Positions 1-8,981 of a DNA stretch of 64,000 nt are shown one piece after another; the first letter of the stretch is position 1, and every line of letters starts with the position of its first letter. Both the position numbers and the translations under genes were made by a program. The notes under the pieces were generated by a model that worked only from the letters and a program-made list of their open reading frames with translations, had not been told where the DNA came from and searched no databases. Origin of the DNA: Spirochaetota bacterium. Its GTDB lineage: Bacteria > Spirochaetota > UBA4802 > UBA5550. The stretch covers positions 32,001 through 96,000 of the forward strand of contig CAXXHB010000002.1 of the NCBI GenBank assembly GCA_963664815.2, in the 5' to 3' direction.

Positions 1-84
1 TTGAATGTTCTAAGTGACTACACTTATGAGGCTCCATCTGATCAAACAATCATGATAAATTTTATTGTAAAAAAAAGACCCTAG
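1..84 (+). CDS. 3' end of a CDS entering the window (unknown product)
   Basis: Frame 1 is open from base 1 to TAG at 82-84 (LNVLSDYTYEAPSDQTIMINFIVKKRP); the next ATG follows at 86. Confidence 0.5.
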   Translation: MNVLSDYTYEAPSDQTIMINFIVKKRP

Positions 85-85
85 A

Positions 86-400
86 ATGAATGTACTTATA
101 TTTATTACAGGATTGGCTATTGGAGTTTCTGCATTTTTATACCTGCTATCCGCACTATCGGCTGGGAAGAAAAAATTACTTTCTTCTAAAACTGATCAAC
201 GACATGTTGTTAAACAACATATTCAGCCCGAAACAATAGGGATCAGGGGGAGAAAAAACATCCCTCCAGGATCGAGAATATGCCCTTTATGTGGCTCCGA
301 ACTTACTAAATATGAAGGATTATATGCTTCGAGAATTATTGAGAAATCTGAAAATAAAATTTTAATAATGGGATGCAAGTACTGTTACAAAGATGATTGA
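86..400 (+). CDS. Small membrane-anchored protein with C-terminal Zn-ribbon
   Basis: N-terminal hydrophobic helix; CPLC...CKYC cysteine pairs. Confidence 0.75.
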   Translation: MNVLIFITGLAIGVSAFLYLLSALSAGKKKLLSSKTDQRHVVKQHIQPETIGIRGRKNIPPGSRICPLCGSELTKYEGLYASRIIEKSENKILIMGCKYCYKDD

Positions 401-417
401 TACAAAAGTCAAAAGAA

Positions 418-439
418 CCCTCCGGATTATCCCGGAGGG
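418..439. terminator. Hairpin between convergent genes, probable terminator
   Basis: CCCTCCGG-attatc-CCGGAGGG; T-run follows on the minus strand. Confidence 0.65.
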
Positions 440-522
440 CCATTAAAATATAATCACATAATTCTTTATAAGGATTTACTTAAATTTACCCTCGCCAGTA
501 ATTAATCTTATAGTTTTATTAT

Positions 523-1257
523 TCAGTTTTTTTCAGATGATTTCTCTTCGCCTGCTTTTGAATCAATTGCTGTATTTGCAGCTCCTTCTTCAGGAAACAA
601 AACTTTTCGAGCCATTTCGGAAAAAATTCCATTCGCAGATACTAAATTTTTCAGATTTTCTTCCGCCTGTTTTTTCTGATCAGCTTTTGAATCAGCTTTA
701 GCCAGAACAGCAGCTGATTCTTCATAAATTCTCGCATCCTGCACTGTTGCATTATCTGCTGTAAAACCGCTGTTAACCCACTGCTGTGTAATCCATTTAT
801 CGTCAATCTTGCCTACATAAACCTGAATCCATTCCGCGTTTTCCTGCAGAACAAATCCTATGGTACCTTTAGGAATAATTGCAAACACTTTACTCGATAT
901 ATTATTACGGACAAATGCCTTTGTATCTTCTGTAAATACAACCGGTTTATCCCCCAGGTTTTTTGCGTTTACATATAAAACTGTATTATCTGAAAGCTTA
1001 ACCTTCGCTACTTCCACAACAGCATTTTTAATAGTTACATTCAATGTCTCAAGCAACTTCACGGATTCCGTTTTGGAAAGAGTAGCTCCATATGTTTTCA
1101 TTTCCTGATCCTTATAAGCAGCTGCTGCATATTTAGCATATTTTACAATATCACCAGGAGCGACTTCAAGCTGTTTTTTTTCTTCGCCTTTTTTACATCC
1201 CTGAATTAACGCTACACTCAGCAATAAAGCAAAAAGTGTATAAATAGACTTTTTCAT
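523..1257 (-). CDS. Spirochaetal lipoprotein with SH3-like beta domains
   Basis: Lipobox-like ALIQG-C followed by KK; SH3b-like segment IPKGTIGFVLQENAEWIQV; AAGGAG SD upstream; recalled resemblance to a Leptospira lipoprotein family. Confidence 0.7.
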   Translation of the reverse strand: MKKSIYTLFALLLSVALIQGCKKGEEKKQLEVAPGDIVKYAKYAAAAYKDQEMKTYGATLSKTESVKLLETLNVTIKNAVVEVAKVKLSDNTVLYVNAKNLGDKPVVFTEDTKAFVRNNISSKVFAIIPKGTIGFVLQENAEWIQVYVGKIDDKWITQQWVNSGFTADNATVQDARIYEESAAVLAKADSKADQKKQAEENLKNLVSANGIFSEMARKVLFPEEGAANTAIDSKAGEEKSSEKN

Positions 1258-1443
1258 CTGGATCTCCTTTTCTTTAATTAAATTGTTATTATTTTTTGCA
1301 GATTCTTAGAGGGTCTGCAAAATTTAAAAATTCTTAACATAATCTAATTTACTGAAATTTCTTTGTCAAATATTTTTGTTATAATAATTAATATTGTATA
1401 CCTGAATTCAGATACTCCATAATATATTTTACATTAAAACTGC

Positions 1444-1473
1444 TTGACATTTTATTTTTCATATTTATATATT
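1444..1473 (+). promoter_or_regulatory. Candidate sigma-70 promoter
   Basis: TTGACA at 1444-1449 and TATATT at 1468-1473 (18-nt spacer). Confidence 0.45.
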
Positions 1474-1493
1474 TTTTGAACACGGAGAGTCAC

Positions 1494-2393
1494 ATGTATA
1501 TCGAAAAATGTAAAGCCTGCGGGGCATCGATAAATATTATACATGAGGTAAATGAATGCCCGTATTGTGGTACACATAACAGCCTCTATCAAAGCCTGGA
1601 AAAAGAGAAAACTCCATCTCCCGCAGTAAAAACCTCAAAACTTAAAATTATACTTGTAATACTTTCTCTGCTTCTTGCCGGAGGTATTATAAGTTCAATC
1701 TTTTTTTTCTTACAGTTTAATCAACAAAAAACAGTCTTACAAGACGGTTTGACAGGAACAGACCCTTCATCAATAAACACATACACATCATCCGGAGAGT
1801 CTACCGAAGCCAGCAGTTCTGATGTCTCCGGCAATGAATCCTATGTTGTAACGGTTGTCAGTAAGCTTAAGGTACGTTCCGGGCCAAATCTTGCTTCAGC
1901 AGTAGTTAAGGTAATAAATACAAATACCAGACTTGAAATTATAGAAACTCAGGATAATCTTGAGACTATTGACAACATCGAGTCCAGATGGATAAAAGTA
2001 AGAATCTCCGAAGGGGAAAGTGGCTGGATTTTTGGCGGTTATGCACGAAATGCCGATGTAGGCAATCCACCTTATTCCGTATCTGATTTTATTGGTACAT
2101 GGAAATGCCAGAATTGTAAAACCGGCGATTGTTCTGTTTCATTAACATTCAACCATAATCGATCAATACAGATACCGGCCGATTTTTGCAGCAATTTGCC
2201 TCTGGATATAGCATCAATAAAATCCGCCATAAAAGAAAATAGACGATGGCTCTTTAATAATTATGATGCCACTTTCAAGTTTACCAATGAAACCGGTCAG
2301 ATACTCTCTGGTGTCGTTGAATCCGGAGATAAACGGCGGATTCTTCATATAGAGCAGGCTTCTTCTTTGAAACTTATTCATACAGATAACTGA
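1494..2393 (+). CDS. Zn-ribbon / TM / SH3b domain protein
   Basis: CKAC...CPYC, one TM helix, Ser/Thr linker, SH3b motif LKVRSGP...WIKVRISEGESGWIFGGY; ATG at 1494 has a GGAG SD. Confidence 0.75.
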   Translation: MYIEKCKACGASINIIHEVNECPYCGTHNSLYQSLEKEKTPSPAVKTSKLKIILVILSLLLAGGIISSIFFFLQFNQQKTVLQDGLTGTDPSSINTYTSSGESTEASSSDVSGNESYVVTVVSKLKVRSGPNLASAVVKVINTNTRLEIIETQDNLETIDNIESRWIKVRISEGESGWIFGGYARNADVGNPPYSVSDFIGTWKCQNCKTGDCSVSLTFNHNRSIQIPADFCSNLPLDIASIKSAIKENRRWLFNNYDATFKFTNETGQILSGVVESGDKRRILHIEQASSLKLIHTDN

Positions 2394-2542
2394 CGCAGCT
2401 ATCCAAATAGTTACCGATATAGAATATCGGAGATATATTGTTTAATGAGATAATATAACAAACCTTACCGCGATGCGGATATTTATTACCAGTAATGTAC
2501 CTGTTTTAAAAAACAGGCACTCAATGAACGGGGCACACAAAT

Positions 2543-3316
2543 ATGAAAATAAGTAAAAAATCTTTAATTATTATTATAATTTGCGAAATAATTATTGTGG
2601 CGTTGATATATGCTTTTATCAACCGAAACGTTATCATTAACTCAATATCAACACAGCAAAACAAAGAAGTTACCAAATTGCAAATATTATATGTTGATAC
2701 GTATGCAGGTCTTGTTTTCAGGATAAAACCCGGGGCTTCTCAGGAAAAGATCGGAGTAATACCATACGGAGCTCCTGTTGAACTTATTGAAAAAAGTGCA
2801 ATAAAAGAAAACATATCAGGTCGCGACGGTGTTTGGCTTAAAATCAGGTGGGATATTTATTTTCTTTCCGAAAGAAATCGGGAATATAAAGAAGGCTGGT
2901 GTTTCAGTGGATTTTTAAATGAAAATGATCCGGGTTTCTCGGTTCCTGTTGGTGCTACTGCCGGAACACCGCTACAGATCGATAAAACATATGAACTATC
3001 AATGGATACTGAAACAATGTCCGGAGGAGGCCAGAGTACTTCCACTATAGTATTTTTTGCTAATAAAACCGTAGAACAACATGACAATTCAGAATTCGAT
3101 GAAGCGCCTGATGGTTTTGAAGATCAATATGGCAAATATAAAGTTAAAAATGGAATTGTTTATGCCCATTTTACAAAAAGTACAAACAACAACGATAAAC
3201 TTGAAAAAACAGTTACAGAAGAAGTTGACCATGATGTTGAATTTCTTTGTGCTGAAACACCTGATTATTATTTATTAATGAGGGGCCGTAAATCAATTTT
3301 TTTTATCAGAAAATAA
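2543..3316 (+). CDS. Membrane-anchored SH3b domain protein
   Basis: N-terminal TM; GLVFRIKPG...IPYG...WLKIRW...GWCFSGFL SH3b pattern. Confidence 0.75.
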   Translation: MKISKKSLIIIIICEIIIVALIYAFINRNVIINSISTQQNKEVTKLQILYVDTYAGLVFRIKPGASQEKIGVIPYGAPVELIEKSAIKENISGRDGVWLKIRWDIYFLSERNREYKEGWCFSGFLNENDPGFSVPVGATAGTPLQIDKTYELSMDTETMSGGGQSTSTIVFFANKTVEQHDNSEFDEAPDGFEDQYGKYKVKNGIVYAHFTKSTNNNDKLEKTVTEEVDHDVEFLCAETPDYYLLMRGRKSIFFIRK

Positions 3317-3353
3317 AACCAACTTTTGAAGTTTAATATAAACTTTTATAATA

Positions 3354-3389
3354 ATGTTTTCCGCCCCGGATTATCGAGGCGGAAAACAT
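3354..3389. terminator. Bidirectional intrinsic terminator
   Basis: ATGTTTTCCGCC...GGCGGAAAACAT 12-bp stem between convergent genes. Confidence 0.7.
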
Positions 3390-3421
3390 GTTATACTAAA
3401 AGCAGGAAATTTACATCTCTG

Positions 3422-4918
3422 TCAATAGTTAAGCTTTCTCGCTTCTTCAGCGGCGTTAGTCTCTCCATAATTGGTAAGGATATACTGTCTGATTTGTGAA
3501 GCCTTGGGAAGATTTCCCATAAATTCATACGCTCTCATCATACCGTAATATCCTTCTGCCCTCATTATAGCATCGGGATACCTCTTAACCAGTGCATCAA
3601 AAGTATTAAGTGCTTCCTGGTTATTTTTCATATACATCATCTCAAGATGACCCTTCCGATAATATGCCCCATCCGCTTCTTTGGTATCGTCATACGCTTT
3701 TATAAATTCAGCATATGCCGCAATTGCTCCGGCCCAATCGCGTTTGCGTTCAAAATTCATTGCATTCTGAAATATTTTAAATGGAACTTCTTTTAATTCC
3801 ACCTGCTGTTCCAGTACTTTTTTTGACTCAATTTCGACATCAACTTTATATGGAACATAGCCATCCAGTTTTATCATTACAGAATGTTTTCCCCTTGGAA
3901 CCGGAATCGGCGCCGGTGATTTTCCCTCTTTCTTTCCATCTATAAAGATCTCGGCACCATCAGGTTTAGAAGTTACTTTCAGAGTTCCAAGTCTGTTATT
4001 CAATGCATCCTCAAGAGTACTTGAAATACTCCACGCCGCAGGCCGAAGACCCGCTGAGGAAGCTATATCTCTTGAACCCATAAAAACTATTGAATTGTCA
4101 GAAGTGTTAAACATTTTGTAGTTGATACATATTACATCAGGGAAAACTCTTATATCTCCCTCAACCTTGTATTGAATTCCCTTGTTTTTGAAGCTGCCGC
4201 CTGATTCATCATTTTCAATAACCCCGGCCATTTCCAGAATTTTCTCATTGATCAGGGCTTTGGAATATTTTCTTTCCACGGTAGTAATGGTAATGAAAGT
4301 CCCCATCTGACTGTTAAGTATTTCGGCGAAGGTCCCACCATAACCGGCCTTCCCGGCCAGATCATTGGCATCCCTGAATTTATAAACAGTAACAGTAGCT
4401 TTATCTGTATCATCACTCTCTCTTTGCTTCAGATAATTACTGTTAAATTTTTCCTTGATATACCAATCAATTTCACCTGCAGCCTCATCAATCGATTTTG
4501 CACTGCATCCCTGTGCATGTACAATGTTCATGCTTTCTATTCCTACAGTTCTTGAGTCAACTTCATATCTGCCGTCTATTTTGGAAACGGTCCCTACTGT
4601 AAGATAATCAACCTTAAGAGAATCGGGATCACCCTTCATCGCCTCTGGTTGAAGAGCTCCGGCCTGTACCTGAGCAAGTGCTGCAAGATAGGACTTGATT
4701 GCGTCTTTCTCTCTTACATAAAATCTGTCATTAGCTTTAAATGAACCTTCAATCATTGCAGAAACAACATTTCCGGATTTTTCCTGCTCAGATGCTTTTG
4801 TCAATGTGTCGTCAAAAACAGCTACTGCAACCCTTATCTGTTTCTGATCATTATCCTGGCTTAACAAAACAGCAGGGAGAATTAAAGTTATAATAATCAG
4901 TGATATATATTTTTTCAT
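3422..4918 (-). CDS. Exported protein: two CsgG/TolB-N-like domains, PEGA domain, C-terminal TPR
   Basis: Signal peptide MKKYISLIII (ATG 4918); PEGA motif GTLKVTSKPDGAEIFIDG...GKHSVMIKLDGY; TPR/BamD-like helical tail. Confidence 0.75.
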   Translation of the reverse strand: MKKYISLIIITLILPAVLLSQDNDQKQIRVAVAVFDDTLTKASEQEKSGNVVSAMIEGSFKANDRFYVREKDAIKSYLAALAQVQAGALQPEAMKGDPDSLKVDYLTVGTVSKIDGRYEVDSRTVGIESMNIVHAQGCSAKSIDEAAGEIDWYIKEKFNSNYLKQRESDDTDKATVTVYKFRDANDLAGKAGYGGTFAEILNSQMGTFITITTVERKYSKALINEKILEMAGVIENDESGGSFKNKGIQYKVEGDIRVFPDVICINYKMFNTSDNSIVFMGSRDIASSAGLRPAAWSISSTLEDALNNRLGTLKVTSKPDGAEIFIDGKKEGKSPAPIPVPRGKHSVMIKLDGYVPYKVDVEIESKKVLEQQVELKEVPFKIFQNAMNFERKRDWAGAIAAYAEFIKAYDDTKEADGAYYRKGHLEMMYMKNNQEALNTFDALVKRYPDAIMRAEGYYGMMRAYEFMGNLPKASQIRQYILTNYGETNAAEEARKLNY

Positions 4919-4920
4919 GG

Positions 4921-5664
4921 TCAGCCTCCAATCGCCGAAATCCAGAGTTTGACAAGATTCCTCTCCGGGCAATCAGGTCTTAATGTAAGATATTTATTAT
5001 AACTTTCAACCGCAGCAGGCCCTTTCTTCATCTTTGTATCATAAAGGATACCCAGATTCTTATACGCCGCTGCGTAGTTTGGATTTATCGAAATACATGT
5101 CTTAAGATTTTTTTCAGCTGCACTTAAATCACCTGTAAGAGTTGAAAGTACACCCAGATTGTTATATGCATCAACAAGCTTTTTATCAAGACTAACTGCT
5201 TTTTTGTATGATTCCTTGGCGGAAGGGTAATTCATTTTTTTATACTGTGCATTACCCAATTCAAACCATGCAGGAGCAAAGTCATTTTTTATGCTGATTG
5301 AAGTATTGAGCTCATCCATGGCATCATTATATCTGCCGGCAGCTATGTAAGATTTTCCAAGAAGATAATGTGACATGTACTGGTTCGGCTGAAATTTTAC
5401 CGCAGCGGCAGCCGATTTCATTAATAACCCTACATCCCCTTTTTCATCAAGTATTACGGCAATCTTTGTGTGTATCTCGGCTTTTTCAACATCTGTCCCT
5501 GCACTCTTAAGGGCGTCATTGAGTTTTTTGATTTCAGAGTTCACTGATGCATTTTCTGAAAGTTTGTACTGCTCTTCAGCTAATTCTCCCTGGCTTTTCT
5601 TTGAACAGTTTACGAAATACAGAGAAATAAAAAAAATCAGAATTGATAATATAATTCTCTTCAT
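4921..5664 (-). CDS. TPR-repeat lipoprotein
   Basis: Lipobox-like YFVN-C; repeated TPR motifs (AWFELG, AYNNLG, AYKNLG); GGAGG SD. Confidence 0.85.
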   Translation of the reverse strand: MKRIILSILIFFISLYFVNCSKKSQGELAEEQYKLSENASVNSEIKKLNDALKSAGTDVEKAEIHTKIAVILDEKGDVGLLMKSAAAAVKFQPNQYMSHYLLGKSYIAAGRYNDAMDELNTSISIKNDFAPAWFELGNAQYKKMNYPSAKESYKKAVSLDKKLVDAYNNLGVLSTLTGDLSAAEKNLKTCISINPNYAAAYKNLGILYDTKMKKGPAAVESYNKYLTLRPDCPERNLVKLWISAIGG

Positions 5665-5672
5665 GCTACCTC

Positions 5673-5704
5673 CATTATAATTTTCCGCACGGATAATTAT
5701 AATG
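5673..5704. repeat. 32-bp imperfect palindrome adjacent to the SD of the TPR gene
   Basis: CATTATAATT-T-TCCG-ca-CGGA-T-AATTATAATG, one T/T mismatch. Confidence 0.7.
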
Positions 5705-6040
5705 TAATATCCATTTATATCATCCGCCTGCAGATTTCATAGTATACTTTTTGTTTTTATGCTTTTTCCTGTTTAGTCAAGACTTTTTCATTATTAACTG
5801 ACAGTTATAATTTTTTAAAATCGCAGAGTGTTAGAATATTAAATGCTGCTAATTCTTTTATAAAAAATTCAATCAATCATACGCTATAAAACAGTTGACT
5901 CCATTATTTATTTAATTATTACTTTTACAATTACATCCGTCTTTCTATAAAAAAAGAACTATTGATGAAACATTTACTGAAAGGTTTTTGCCGCTGCCGA
6001 TGAACTTTACTAAATAACATGCATAATCTGGAATTTAAAC

Positions 6041-6625
6041 ATGGAAGAAAATAAAAAATGGTCACAGGATCTCTACCAGAAAGCAATGTGGTTTGCCGGA
6101 GAAGCTCATGGAAATCAGAAAATTCCTGGAACGGATCTTCCATATGTTATACATCTCTCAAATGTATGCATGGAGGTTTTTGCCGCCATCTGCGCACATG
6201 AAACCGTAAATCCTGACCTCGCCATTCAATGCGCCCTGCTTCATGATACAATAGAAGATGCCGGAATTTCAGTTGAGCAGATACATGATTTCTTCGGGAA
6301 TGAAGTGGCACAGGGAGTACTTGCACTGACAAAAAATAAAAATCTTGCCAAAGCGCTCAGAATTAAGGATTCCATCGAAAGAATTAAACTTCAACCCATG
6401 GAAATATGGATGGTAAAACTTGCAGACCGTATAACAAACCTGCAGCCTCCTCCAGCTCACTGGAAATCAGAAAAAATTGATAACTACCGGAATGATGCGG
6501 TATATATCCTTGAACATCTTGGAACTGCCAGCCTGATACTTAAAGAGCGGCTTGAAAATAAAATAAAAAATTATCCCTGGACAGAATCATCTCCGGATTC
6601 AAAAGGCCTTTTATTCTGCATGTAA
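6041..6625 (+). CDS. Stand-alone (p)ppGpp hydrolase-like HD protein (Mesh1/SAH type)
   Basis: AH..Q, PYVIHL, ALLHDTIED and VKLADRITNL motifs of the RelA/SpoT hydrolase domain; no synthetase domain. Confidence 0.85.
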   Translation: MEENKKWSQDLYQKAMWFAGEAHGNQKIPGTDLPYVIHLSNVCMEVFAAICAHETVNPDLAIQCALLHDTIEDAGISVEQIHDFFGNEVAQGVLALTKNKNLAKALRIKDSIERIKLQPMEIWMVKLADRITNLQPPPAHWKSEKIDNYRNDAVYILEHLGTASLILKERLENKIKNYPWTESSPDSKGLLFCM

Positions 6626-7677
6626 TCATCAAGAATTTTGTATATTTCCCAGAATGAATAAAACAATGAAAGTATTATCGGTCCTATGATTACACCGGGA
6701 AGATTGAATGCTTCAATACTTCCAAGCAGAAGAAAGAAGAACAGCAACGGATGGAAATTAAGCCTGTCGCCGAAGATTTTCGGTTTCACCACGTTCTCAA
6801 GAATCATATACCAGGAAAAACACCAGCATGCCGTAAATATTGCCATACCATAGTTTCCAGTAAAATAAAGATATATTGAAACCGGAAGCCAGATAAGAGT
6901 TGTACCTATTACCGGTATGAGAGAAAGAATAGCTGCAAGTGTACCCCAGATAAGAGGTGTCCCTGCACCGGCTATATAAAGTCCAACTCCAACCATGAGA
7001 CCCTGAAGCAGCATTATAAAAAGATTACCAAGCATGAGAACATAAATAACACCTTTCAGCTTTGTTACAATATTCATTTCCAAATCTGAGGGTAACGGCA
7101 GAATTCTGTATATTGCACCTTCAAGGTTGTAAGCGTCTTTAAAAAGAAAAAAAAGTATCAGCATCATCATGAAGAATTTGATTATAAAATTAATCGGAAA
7201 TGATACAATTGAAGTTATACTGGAAAAGACTGACATTGAAGTCTCTTTGAAATAGCTGATTATCCTCTCTCCAAGGTCAGCCTTCTGAATATTAAAAAAA
7301 GTAAGCACTTTATCCATTGAAGGATGATTTCCAATTTGTTTCAAAGTCTCATAGTTTATAGAGATATGTATTTTACCATAAAGATCATAAACCTGCTCTG
7401 AAAGAACCATGAGGAGAAACATCGAAGGAATGACTAAAAGAGATAAAATTATTATAATAATAAGTGTTGAACTGAAAATTCTTTTTTTTACATATTTTAA
7501 AATCCATTCATGAATTGGTCTCAATGCGACATAAAATATCAGTGAATATAAAAATATCCATAAGTAAAATCTGAATATGTATAGTAAAAACATTACTATT
7601 ACTGCAAAGAGTATAAGAAAATAACTCTTCATTGTCTTATTTCTGAATAATGTTTCGTATGAATTATTTTCCTGCAT
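6571..7677 (-). CDS. AI-2E (PerM/UPF0118) family transporter
   Basis: Multi-TM; SLIPVIGT, ENVVKPKI and HPLL...GVIIGP motifs; ATG 7677 preferred because ATG 7716 lies in a hairpin. Confidence 0.85.
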   Translation of the reverse strand: MQENNSYETLFRNKTMKSYFLILFAVIVMFLLYIFRFYLWIFLYSLIFYVALRPIHEWILKYVKKRIFSSTLIIIIILSLLVIPSMFLLMVLSEQVYDLYGKIHISINYETLKQIGNHPSMDKVLTFFNIQKADLGERIISYFKETSMSVFSSITSIVSFPINFIIKFFMMMLILFFLFKDAYNLEGAIYRILPLPSDLEMNIVTKLKGVIYVLMLGNLFIMLLQGLMVGVGLYIAGAGTPLIWGTLAAILSLIPVIGTTLIWLPVSIYLYFTGNYGMAIFTACWCFSWYMILENVVKPKIFGDRLNFHPLLFFFLLLGSIEAFNLPGVIIGPIILSLFYSFWEIYKILDDYMQNKRPFESGDDSVQG

Positions 7678-7705
7678 AAATATTTCTTTTCTTCCATTAA
7701 TTTTA

Positions 7706-7738
7706 AAGCTATACATCTCAGAAAGAGATGTATAGCTT
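7706..7738 (-). terminator. 14-bp perfect hairpin, probable terminator of the small upstream ORF
   Basis: AAGCTATACATCTC-agaaa-GAGATGTATAGCTT. Confidence 0.6.
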
Positions 7739-7790
7739 AATTAAATGATTTCTGCTGACGCTTTTAAACGTAAGCCTGCAACATGGTTTT

Positions 7791-7955
7791 TTACTTGGTA
7801 AGATAGTGAGACAGATCAGTGGCAAGTTTTGATATTGCATGATCAAGATATTTTTCATCAGAGATTCGTTTTTTAAATTCATCAACCTTCTCAGAATCTC
7901 CTGAAATTTTACCCTGCCGTATCTCACGATCCTCCATTTTCATGAGATTATTCAT
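7791..7955 (-). CDS. 54-aa protein resembling the FlgM C-terminal (sigma-28 binding) segment
   Basis: GGAGG SD 6 nt before ATG 7955; EKVDEFKKRISDEKY...IS.LA pattern. Confidence 0.55.
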   Translation of the reverse strand: MNNLMKMEDREIRQGKISGDSEKVDEFKKRISDEKYLDHAISKLATDLSHYLTK

Positions 7956-8223
7956 TGAAAACCTCCCGGTCACCTGTTCCTCCCTGAACAGGACTTGAGA
8001 CCTGTTATTTTAATCGACATCTGATTTAATTTAATAAGTGAAATTTCCTGAATCAAGCATACTTTTAAAAATAATTCAACTGAACCTTAAAAGTCATTGA
8101 CTAACACTCTTTTTAAAATTATCATCTTTTTAATAAAATATCCTGCCTGAATTTTATTATATCAATTTTTTGTATTTATGTAATAATGCTACTTGATAGA
8201 TGAAATTACATTAAAGAGGGAAA

Positions 8224-8979
8224 ATGGCTTCAGAACTAAACAGTTTACAGGTAAATACTCTTAAAATAATCTCAACCCTTCTTGAAAAAGATGCCGTTGA
8301 AGATTCTATAATTGAAGAATTATGGAAAAACGAACTTGAATATTTTTCTCTTCTTGAAAAATATAAAATCCTCAGTGAAAGAGTTAATATTGATGAAAAA
8401 ACAGGCCTTCTGAAATATAATGACAATTATCTGACTGATATCGTAAAAACCGCATCCCGTTTTCTGAATAATAACAAATTTCCCCAACTTGAAATCGGTT
8501 TTGTCAGATTTGACATTGACAATTTTTCAAAATTCAACAATAAATATGGCCACGACCTTGGTGATGAAATTCTGAAAAAAATAAGTGGAATAATAAGAGA
8601 TTGCTCACGCCCAACAGATTATGTAATCAGATTTGGAGGGGAGGAGTTTGATGTCATTCTTCCTTCAACAGATATAAACGGTACTGAAACGTATGTTAAA
8701 AAAATTCTTGAAGAAACACGCAAAATTTACTTTCAATACCAGGATGAAAACGATATTAAAGTTACATTGAGTGCCGGGATGACATCATGCAGTTTGAAGA
8801 TCAGCAACTCATACAAAAAAGAGAACGTTCAGCTGGAATATAAAGGTATACAGAAAAGAGCTGATGACGCTCTTTACGAAGCAAAGTTCATGGGTAAGGA
8901 TCGTTATTCCATCTATTCAGATTTGAAGTCAGATGAATACTCAAAGATACGAAGTAAGTATATAACAAAAGTTAAATAA
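8224..8979 (+). CDS. Diguanylate cyclase (GGEEF) with I-site
   Basis: FDIDNFSKFNNKYGHDLGD; RPTD five residues before GGEEF; ADDALYEAK. Confidence 0.92.
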   Translation: MASELNSLQVNTLKIISTLLEKDAVEDSIIEELWKNELEYFSLLEKYKILSERVNIDEKTGLLKYNDNYLTDIVKTASRFLNNNKFPQLEIGFVRFDIDNFSKFNNKYGHDLGDEILKKISGIIRDCSRPTDYVIRFGGEEFDVILPSTDINGTETYVKKILEETRKIYFQYQDENDIKVTLSAGMTSCSLKISNSYKKENVQLEYKGIQKRADDALYEAKFMGKDRYSIYSDLKSDEYSKIRSKYITKVK

Positions 8980-8981
8980 CT

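Noticed and set aside
418-3389. Shared CCGGATTATC in two terminator hairpins, and similar AGTTTA(A)TATAAACT palindromes at 3329 and 11935
   Set aside because: Only two short copies of each, with different flanks; not enough to call a repeat family or array.
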